Shown: positions 54,014-64,000 of the stretch, in pieces | Position numbering within the stretch: position 1 is the first letter of the stretch | How the letters are laid out: every line of letters starts with the position of its first letter | NCBI GenBank assembly: GCA_951406725.2 | Contig: OX597817.1 | Coordinates: 140,802,001 to 140,866,000 of the forward strand | Length of the DNA stretch: 64,000 nucleotides | Direction: 5' to 3' | Source: Octopus vulgaris | Lineage: Eukaryota | The notes under the pieces: generated by a model | What the model was told of the DNA's origin: nothing | Seen by the model: only the letters and a program-made list of their open reading frames with translations | Databases searched by the model: none | Program-made: the position numbers and the translations under genes

Positions 54014-55279
54014 ATAAATTTTTGTTCATTAATATTTCTCCTTTTTCTGTTTTATATATATATATATATATATACAGGTTTTGTTGTGTGGTGGCGCTGG
54101 AATAGCTGTGTAGTAAAAAGCTTGCTACCCAACCACATGATTCAGGGTTCAGTCCCACTGCGTGTCCCCTCGTGTATTCTAGCCCGGGGCTAGAATACAC
54201 TAGCCCCGGGCCGACCAAAGTCTTGCGAAAAGATTTGATAGAAACTGGAAGAAGCCCGTCGTGTATATGTGGGGGGGGATAAATGATCCGATGCCAGAGC
54301 TGCGATGAAAAACACTTCTGGCACTACATAATACTCCGTACAAATACAGAATAAGGGAAAAATAAATAATTTTTGTATATACATGTTTTATGTCTGTGTG
54401 TGTGTGTGTGTGTGTGTGCGTGTGTGTGTCTGTCTGTCTGCGTGTATACGTACATACATATACGTCGTATATATATACATATATATATATATTTACATTT
54501 AACCATATTATGCAGAGATACATATATATATAAATATATGCAAATATATAGATATATATTTATATATACACGTACACATGTACCTATATATGTTGAAGTA
54601 CATGTTTGTGTGTGTGTATACTTTACATATGTGTGTGTGTGTGAGTATGTGAGTGTGTGTGTGTGTGTGTGATCATAAACACATACATATGTATATTTTT
54701 ATCTGCATAAGCATATTTACACAAGCGATATTTTTTATTTAAGTAAATACACAAACATATCTATATGCATACACACATATATCCATATACACACATATCT
54801 ATGTTATGACAAAGTAGTAAAAAAAAATATGTTATATATACGTGAAAGGGAAGTGAATTTGTTGGCGTTCGATATCTTTGATCAGTGGTGCTTGATCGGT
54901 TAAACGTTGTCGATTGATGAATCATCGATGACTATAGAAAAAGCGTTTATTAACAGAATAGCTACAAAACTAATTCTTTGATCGCTGCTTCGAACCAAAT
55001 TTATTAGAGTTGCCAACTTGAAAATAAGATATATTAAATAGTTTTATGGGAGATGGGTGAGGGTGCTACATATATATTTTTTTTTTTGTTATTTTTGTTA
55101 TTTTTCCAGTTGATTTGGTCACTACTGTTGCTATTGATGTTGCTGTTGTTGTTGTTGTTGTTGCTGCTGCAGCCGTACAGAAATATTCGGGTTGTCATAG
55201 AAACATGAATTAACGATTTCTGTTTGCATCTTTTACTCCTTTTACTCCGGTCGGTGAGCACAGAGAGGGAGAGAGTGTG

Positions 55280-55715
55280 AAGGGGGAGGAGGGGAAAGAA
55301 GAAGAAGGAGAAGGAGGAGAAGAAGAAGAAGAAGAAGAAGAAGAAGAAGAACAACAACAACAACAACAACAACAACAAGGAGAAGAAGAAGAAGGAGAAG
55401 AAGAAGAAGGAGGAGGAAGAGGAGAAGAAGAAGAAGAAGAAGAAGAAGAAGAAGAACAGCAACAACAAGGAGAAGAAGGAGAAGAAGGAGAAGAAGGAGA
55501 AGGAGGAGGAAGAGGAGAAGAAGAAGAAGAAGAAGAAGAAGAAGAAGAAGAAGAAGAAGAACAACAACAACAACAACAAGGAGAAGAAGGAGAAGAAGAA
55601 GAAGAAGAAGAAGAAGAAGGAGGAGGAAGAGGAGAAGAAGAAGAAGAAGAAGAAGAAGAAGAAGAAGAAGAAGAAGAAGAAGAAGAAGAAACAAAAAGAA
55701 AGAGAGAGAGAGAGA
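55280..55715. repeat. (GAA/GGA/CAA)n compound microsatellite with higher-order periodicity
   Basis: Blocks of GAA run, CAA run, GGAGAA and GGAGGAAGAGGA recur three times. Confidence 0.95.
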
Positions 55716-55748
55716 GCTGCAGCTGAGCAAGTTGATTAGATTCGGTTC

Positions 55749-55900
55749 TACTAGACCAATCTACTTTCCAAGCCAATCGAGTACCTGTCTGCTAGGCCAA
55801 ACGGGTACCTGTCTTCCAAGTGAAACGAGTCTGCTAGGTCAATCGAATTCTTGTCTTCCAAGTGAAACGAGTACCTGTCTGCTAGGCCAAACGAGTACCG
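55749..55900. repeat. ~24-bp minisatellite with alternating variants
   Basis: gagtacctgtctgctaggccaaac and gtacctgtcttccaagtgaaac units. Confidence 0.8.
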
Positions 55901-56461
55901 GCCAACTAAATTATAAGATGCCACTCTACAGAGTCAAACGGTACCAGTCATACAGTTGTTGTCTGCTGAAGTTTGAGCGCTGCTCTGCCATGTCCCACGG
56001 TGCCCTTCTGTTAGGTCACAATCTCTGAAGTCAATCGATGTCTGACTCATAAACTTCCGACCAGTTAAACTGACCGCTTCTAAGGTCCTTCCGTCTCTTG
56101 TCTCTTCGATCGATAGTTTTCAGTTGGATTGCACTACCACGGCAGCAGTGATGATGCAACACTCTCTCTCTCTCTTCTCTCTTTCTCTCTCTCTCTCTCT
56201 CTTCTCTCTTTCTCTCTCTCTCTCTTCTCTCGTTCTATCTCTCTCTTCGTCTGTCTCTCTCTTTATCTCTTTCCCTCTCTCTCCGTCTCTCCCTCTTTCT
56301 CTCTCTCTCTTCCTCTATCTCTCTCTTTATCTCTTTCCCTCTCTCTCCGTCTCTCCCTCTTTCTCTCTCTCTCTCTTTCATTCCCTCACTCTCTCCCTCT
56401 TTCTCTAGCTCTTCCTCTTTCTTCCCATCTCTCTCTTTCTTTATATCCCTCTCCCCCCTTC

Positions 56462-58300
56462 CCTATCTCATCTCTTCTCCACGTTCTGGCGCTCGACCCT
56501 TTGCTGCAGAAACTAGAACTCTTGAAAGGCATCCCGCTCGAACTAGGATGCTGGAGAACAACTGTATCAGCATATGCGGATGACATCACGCTCATGGCGT
56601 CAGACACTGCTGGGTTTCAGGTTGTCGATTCTATTTTAAATGAATACGAGGAGATGGCAGAGGATAGGATAAATCTGAACAAGTTGGTAGGCCTGTGGCT
56701 CGGCAAAAAAGAGAAGCAAAACTATGCCAACGATAGACACACGGTCCATAGTAATTGCTCGATTTCTGGTTCGACCCTGACCTCCAGCTAAACAAGAACT
56801 GGCACAAGGGTAGCTAGTTTCACTCAGAAGTGGGCTGAGAGGAAATTGTCCCAGAAAGGTCGATCAGAGGTGGCGAATGCGAACATCGCATCTTTAATAA
56901 CTTATTGCCTGACCTTTGTCCTTAGCCTCAGTTCACGTTTGGCCCAACTAGAGCATTTACTTTACCGCTTCCTGTGTTCAACTGGTCAGGCGGTCCATCT
57001 ATTATCAGTGCCCTCTGAGTGGTGGATTTGGCAATCCATGGTTGCTAATGCGCAGACACGCCATGCGGCTACGCCACTTAAAGATTTTTCTAGACGGTGA
57101 ACCGGTGTAGTCTTCGTTTGTAGGATACGCTTTTCCGAGGCTCATCTCTTTGACAGAACGGCAATCCTGGATCAAGAAAAGACAAATATGAGGTACCTAA
57201 CATCTAGAATGTTGTCTGGCGCTCACTTCTCTACAAGTCAGGAAATACGGTGGGTATTAACCATATATAGAAATGTGGTGGTGGGTAAGAGCGATCGCGT
57301 TTTCGGGATAACTCTAGGCGTTGACAAGAATAAACTAGCTGACAGTTCGAGATAACCTTTACCGGCACAGAAGCGATGTCAGGCGGAACTGTCCAAGATA
57401 TGCGCTAAACGATGAAACTGCTCTGCCTGAAGCCATGCAGTATATGAGTATTTATTTCTTTATTGCCCACAGGGGGCTAAACACAAAGGGGACAAACAAG
57501 GACAGACAAAGGGCTTAAGTCGGTTACATCGACCACAGTGCGTAACTAGTACTTAATTTATCGACCCTGAAAGGATGAAAGGCAAAGTCGACCTCGGCGG
57601 AATTTGAACTGAGAACGTAACGGCAGCCGAAATACCGCTAAGCATTTCGCCCGCCGTGCTAACGATTCTGCCAGCTCGCCGCCCTACATGTAGTATATGA
57701 GTATTGTTAACTTGTGGAGTTATATCGAACAGCTGTTATAACGTGTGGAACGAATCCAACTCAGGGCCGACTCTATGGTGAGGATCACCCCACCAGCCAC
57801 CTTTAACAAGGCAAGGCAAACGGTGTTCCTCTGTCCAGTGGCTATGGTGAAAGAGATGGGATGGACGAGGCTGAAAGGATTGAGGAAAAACACCATCCTC
57901 TTTGGTCAAGCGCTCATCGACTTTTTAAAGTTCCAATTGAAAAGTAAAGTGGGGGTGGAGAGGGAAGTGCTATCAATGAATTTGTGTAAAGATGGGTGAC
58001 TATGGCAAAAATGGTTCAAGTGAATTGCTCTACTCTAAGTAGGTGCCTGAAGATTGGAGAGACCTGTTGGGTGAGGGCTCGTACCTTTGGTCGTCAGGAT
58101 AATTCTGGATCTATGGGGTTCCTTGATTGGCGCTTGTGGGAGTTTCACCTGTATCAGGAGGACCACATCATTCATGTTATCACATACTTCCATCACATTT
58201 CGCTGCCTTTTCCATTTCTTTCACGGCATCCTTTATGAAAACGCCCACACAAATTGTTGCCTTCCCTCATCTATGCCCGTGTGGCTAATAAAAGATTATT
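56462..58300 (+). mobile_element. Tx1/L1-like LINE, 5'-truncated, with RT remnant
   Basis: SSLLHVLALDPLLQKL...VSAYADDITL...INLNKLVGLWLG; W..RKLS.KGR; 3' end ctaataaaagattattgttg. Confidence 0.85.
57453..57686 (-). mobile_element. SINE family B nested in the LINE, with a 19-bp TSD
   Basis: TSD catgcagtatatgagtatt (57434) / catgtagtatatgagtatt (57687). Confidence 0.9.
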
Positions 58301-59167
58301 GTTGTTGCTGCTGCTGCTGTTGCAGTTCTTACTATTTTGAGTATTAAATATTCTTGCTGTTATTGTTCTCACCATCACAACCGCCATCGTCATCATCATC
58401 ATCATCATCATCATCGTCGTCGTCGTCGTCGACATTTGAGATAGCTTCACTTCATATTCGCGAATGAAGACACACAGCTAACAGCGAGAAACCAATAATA
58501 GTGTTTTGAAGGTGAATTTTATTGATAATGTTTGACACATTAAATATATTTTATCAATAAAAGAGAACAGAAATAGAAATAGGTTTTTATTGTTTCTTTT
58601 TTTTTTCCTCTTCTGTTAATCTTTATTCCTATTTCTGTCTCGTAGTGATGCAATAAGCAAGTCAGTGAAACAATAATGAAATGGCCTCCAGACATTGGTA
58701 CGTCGATATAAGGCCACGGAGTGCAGAGTAGGTTAAGTAAGGACGCATGTAAACCGGTCGTAAACAACCCTAACTAGATTGGATGTGAGGGAATAATTAG
58801 TCAGTGGCGAATTATTGGAAAATGTCTCATCCTTAAAGAGCTGCAGGGAATTTATTCTGGTAAATATGAATGGATGAAAGATGTAATTAAAGAGATTGGC
58901 AGAAGAAAGTGATTTTCATAGAAAACGGTACCAGTTTCCATATTTCCTTATATACAAGCCAGTCTGCAGAAGTTCAGGCTGGCTTGTGCATAAAGGACAT
59001 AACGAGGTTTCGTTTAATTTGTAAATATATTTATTCGGAGTACTGCGTATAAACCACAAATGAATTAGAGACGCTTAACCCAAGCAAAGATAAGATTATT
59101 GGAACTAAATCTTACTGCAAATATTCTAAAAGGGATAGTTATTATGGTTAACGTACAAGCATATTAA

Positions 59168-60004
59168 CAGAGGTGGGCACTGTTAATCGATAAGTTAACT
59201 TCGTTAATCGTTAATCTGTTAATTCTTTGTAACGGAAGTTAACTTTAATCTGTTAACGTTAACTTTTATTGAAAAAAAGTACAGCTACAGTTTAATACCC
59301 CATCTTATAACCTCCAGAAAAAATGGATACTTTTTAACGAAACTTACACCAAATAATCGCTTATATCCTGTAAATTGAGTGTATATAAAGGTTTGTTGGA
59401 AAAGATTTTCCGATGGGTTGGAGAGAGAAGTTTCGGAAAATTCACAGGACCCGACATTTTCCCCCTCATAACTTTTTGGAAAATAGGTATTTTTAATGAA
59501 ATTTTATACAAATACCTTTCAAACTGTGTAGATTACGATTACAAAGAAATTTGTGGACAAGATATTTGGAAGGGGCGGGGAGGAGGAGTTTCGGATCAAA
59601 CAACTCGTATAAGTTGGAATTTCTCCATTTTGATGGGGATTTTTCCCAATGTTTTTCACCAAAGTCTTCTAAATGTTGGGAGGCATCTTTTCACGAAACA
59701 AAAAGGAAAAACATTTTGAAATTTTTTTTTCACTCCTGCCAACCATTTTTTTTTTTCACTACGCACTTAAAACCCGTGAGAGAAACATTTTCGGTTTCAA
59801 AAATATTAATAATTTCAGAGGAAAATGTGTGATTAAAGGGGGATCTGGTTGTTGTTTCTAGCACATCCCAAAACCTTCCTCCTCGTTTCTTTCTCACTCA
59901 CACATCTGTTGATATTTTTCAATATTTTCCTCCCTATACATAAATTTTATGGAATGATGATGTCAAAGTAACACACGTGTAGTTCCAATCGAGAGAGGCT
60001 GTGT

Positions 60005-60075
<71 letters not shown>

Positions 60076-61370
60076 CCCAAAACACCTAAAAACATCTTTA
60101 GTGTTCATATTAATCTGTCAAATGTAATGCTTATTTGTTCACGTTATTTTGAATTATTCAGGTTCAAGAGGGTTGTCCATAATATTGTTTGTAACTTAGT
60201 AAATTTTTTACATAGAGATTTGAAATTTTGTCAGTGGGTGCTTTATATATCATTTGTTTATCGTTATGAAATTTTAGCTGCTCTTGCTGATTAAATTTGA
60301 CTTTTATGAGCAGGTAAATTTAATTAACAGGTGTAAAAGAAATAAAATTATGGATAAGCACTAAAATTGAAATCCTTAATGCATGTTACCTGTTTGATCT
60401 GTTACTAAAATTATCCCAGATGGCAACCGACAAAAATTTTGCCACTTTTCAAGATGAGGTACATTAATTTTAATTAAAATACAGGTATAATCGGTACAAG
60501 ATTTTATTCTTTCGGTAAATATTTCATACCTCGGTGTGGAATAATTTTTTCCAGTTTTTTTCGGATGCATTCAATGTATCTGACCTCCAAACACACCGCA
60601 AGCCACTTTTTTCCGGAAACGAAAGGTAGCAGGGGTGGCAGGACCTCGAAGTTTCCCACCAAGGGAGTTTTGTTTCGCGGGTCTTTTTGTCTTTTCCAGG
60701 TTATTTTGCATGCTTTCAACGAATGTGACATCGAAATCACGCGTAAACAGCTCCTTTTTCCAGATAAGGAATGATTTGGCTGCTATTTTTAGCATGCCCT
60801 GCTACCAAGTAACAGCTATTTGCGTTCACGCCGAAATATTTGCGTTCACGCCGAAATATTTGCGTTCACACCGAATTAGTTACCAACTTTTTTCTTTCCA
60901 TATATTTTTTCCACTTTATGGAAGTCAGTATTTTCTCTGTTGACATCCACCTCAGTGAGGTCATGGATCAAGTGGAAACACACCAATCACTGTTCCCTCT
61001 TGACAGGACAAAGGGATTTCACACTGTCTTTGCAAGCAACAAGCGAGTGGATTTGGTTTCAAATCTAGGCAGGGCCAAACGAGGTCCCACAAGTTATAAT
61101 AATAAATGGCGTTATATCGGGTTTGAAAGAATAACGCGTACAATATTAAATATGCTAAGACAATCTGAAAACAATAGACACTTTTAAGCATTTACCGGGT
61201 TTTACGAAATTTTGAGGTTAAGGGACTTGTGTTAACGGAAGCTAAATGTAACGGAAGTTAATTAGGCCGATAATGATTTGTCAAATTTAACTTAAAAGTT
61301 AAATCGTTAACGAAAATATTAACTTCGTTAATTAACGATTAACGTGTTAACGGACTTACGCCCAGCTCTA
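59168..61370. mobile_element. hAT-type non-autonomous element
   Basis: TIRs cagaggtgggc / gcccagctcta; subterminal GTTAA-rich arrays at both ends; degenerate 8-bp TSD catattaa / tatattag. Confidence 0.7.
60817..60876. repeat. 3 x 20-bp tandem repeat
   Basis: tatttgcgttcacgccgaaa repeated three times. Confidence 0.95.
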
Positions 61371-62451
61371 TATATTAGTTATACTGAAAAATAGCCTGTA
61401 CTCTTGATTACAAGCAGTTTATCTAAATCTTTTGTTACCATATTTTTGTCGAATTACTCTCATTTTGCTTTAATTAATTTTGAAAATAACGAAGTATTTA
61501 AGAAAACAACTTTGTCCTTATTAAGCTGCTAATTGGAACATAAATTATCATGAAATTTCGATGATAGGTTTTAGTCTAGATTACTTTAGAACAGGAAGTC
61601 TGAGTCATAGAATTAAGATAGTACCATTGCCTATTTCACAGAAAAATTGTGAAGATTACTTGAAACAATATTTATGAAAACTTACTCAATTACAAACCAC
61701 AGAATCACCAGAGAAAATAGAAAATATCTTAAGTTCTCTAAGTGTCTATCTTCGAAAATATAGTTTCCAAAGTCTTCTCTAACTGAGATTATTAAAGGAA
61801 TGTTACTTTAGAGGCATTGCTAAAGACGATGATTTATGGTAATCTTGGAAGCAAAAGGCTGCATTTTACTTCTTGTAGCACACTGATTGGTGAAGAATTG
61901 GCGTTAGATTGAATGAAATGCATTGCAAATACTTTTCGGCTCTTTGTGCCGAGATCAAATCCCGGTGAGGTCAATTTTGCCTCACATTCTTTTGGATTTG
62001 AATCGCAAAATACTTGATGGCTATTACCCAGCACCGCAATTCCTACAAGACTATCATCGTAACCATGATTATCACACTACCAACAAGATCTCCCGACTTC
62101 CAAACTGCAGTCATTCTTTTTGGTCTCTTACCAAAAAATCTCCACCAAATTTTCAAAAGCATCTTTTTCTCTTCTTCCCAACCATGATAATCCCGCCTAG
62201 AAAATGTCCACGTTTGTCACCCGCTTTACCTACCAATTCGCACTATACTGAACACAGTAGAAAAACCTCTCTCAAGACTATCTCTGTCCAGTGTATCAAC
62301 TTTATCACCATCATATACACACATACATACCAAATGCCAAAGTAATTCTAGTCACTTCAAACCGATAAAGGCTATTATTGACTCTCTGCCAATCTTCTAT
62401 CATTCTCAAACAATATGTTCCAGTGCTAGGCTGTATCTACACAAAACTTTC

Positions 62452-62518
<67 letters not shown>

Positions 62519-63047
62519 CTGCTTGCTCTGAGTGCGTGTGTGTGTGTGTCGGGAATATAATATATAAACCAGTCTTGGGAAATGTACCGCACTGTGCCTC
62601 ATTCCTGTAATTACCCCTGCTAACTACCCTTCTATTCCACTCACTAACAATATCTTCAAATGTGACAGACACAATCTTTAACAATAGTATTATCCATCAC
62701 CTTCAAATCCCCTCCTCTCTCTCTCTCTCGATTTCTCTCTTTCTCTATCTATCTATCTCTCTCTCTCTCTATTTCTCTCTCTCTCTCTTTCTCCCTCTTG
62801 CTCGTAAGCACACCTTGAAAACATTTACCCTATTTTTTTACTTCTGAGAATATCAACCTGCATGAGTACCCTGCCTACAGATAGTTTCTTTGCTCTCATC
62901 GACTTTTAACATTTCAAACGAAATGTGAACATCATCAATCTCACCAATTAGAGAGAGCCTGCCAATAAGCACGGGTTCAACTTCCTCCTGACCAAACCAA
63001 AAGGAAAGGGGTCGGAGAAATGTGAGTTGATATATTTCCCAATTATA

Positions 63048-63228
63048 TTTTATTTCTTTACTACCCACAAGGGGCTAAACACAGAGGGGATAAACAAGGA
63101 CAGACAAACAGATTAAGTCGATTACATCGACCCCAGCGCGCAACTGGTACTTAATTTATCGACCCCGAAAGGATGAAAGGCAAAGTCGACCTCGGCGGAA
63201 TTTGAACTCAGAACGTAACGGCAGACGA
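63048..63228 (-). mobile_element. SINE family B, 5'-truncated
   Basis: Reverse complement of the family B body and tail. Confidence 0.85.
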
Positions 63229-63571
63229 GGAGCAAGTGACTAAACCTACCAAAAATTAAAATGTGAAGTACCTATGTGTGTATCGAACCTGTGTCACAGA
63301 ATTATGAGGCAAGACGTTTACCATTTCATCTGCGTTACGTGGCAGATAACAGCGCTGAAACTGTCTGAAAATTTAGTCTGAAAATTGCTTCAGCATAAAA
63401 GTTTGCGTCTGGTTGAGAGTTTGGGGATGGTATGGGGTGCGGTGGGTTTTTTTTTTTTTCTTAATCTGAGTGGTGCAGAGTGGTGGGAAAGAAATTTGGA
63501 AGGAAACCTAACGTTGATGACTTAATAAATCAGTTTAACATAGAGAACCAATAACAATAATAATAATAATA

Positions 63572-63626
<55 letters not shown>

Positions 63627-64000
63627 CGATGATGATGATAATAATAATAATGGCAGAAGTTCAAAGTGACAAATTTATTTCTGTTATGACCTGAAAACAA
63701 TTTCTCATCTATCTAAAATAAAAAATATTTTCCTTTTCCGTTTTTTTTTTAGTTTTTTTTTTTTCTGTGTGTCAGTGTGATGGTGTAAAAACTCATTCTA
63801 TTTGGTATACCTACACACACGCACACGCACACGCACACACAAACATCATATTTATGTGTGTGTGCATACATATATACACCTATGTATGTATATAAGTGTG
63901 TATATGTGTATGTATATATATATACACGTATATGCATACACATATGTGTATATGTATCTCTCTCTTCCTCTTCCTTACTCTCACTCCCCATATATATATA

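Noticed and set aside
55034-55776. Poly-E/Q, poly-L and poly-S ORFs
   Set aside because: Trinucleotide-repeat artefacts
55749-55900. Possible repeat-spacer array
   Set aside because: The intervening segments are variants of the same unit, so this is a minisatellite
60376-61190. Possible transposase ORF remnants inside the hAT element
   Set aside because: No recognisable catalytic motif in any frame

Overview
AT-rich, microsatellite-saturated eukaryotic DNA with no recognisable host protein-coding exon. The SINE families and repeat landscape point to an octopus or other coleoid cephalopod (inference). The window is mostly decayed retroelements and DNA transposons: Penelope-like elements (PLEs; RT + GIY-YIG), Tx1/L1-like LINEs, R4/Dong-like RLE LINEs, an RTE-derived short element, a Gypsy remnant, three tRNA-derived SINE families, Helitron-like, hAT and piggyBac-type non-autonomous elements. 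The main signal is a dense set of more than 10 type-I hammerhead ribozyme (HHR) folds that I parsed by hand. Most lie in short ORF-less elements inserted in (TA)n tracts, often as inverted pairs or as circularly permuted ~475-bp monomers, resembling PLE pseudo-LTRs or retrozymes. The catalytic-core 3-8 tertiary pair occurs as canonical C3-G8 and as the compensatory forms G3-C8 and U3-A8, and stem II shows compensatory changes between copies. Ribozyme activity, expression and family names are unverified, and element boundaries are approximate.
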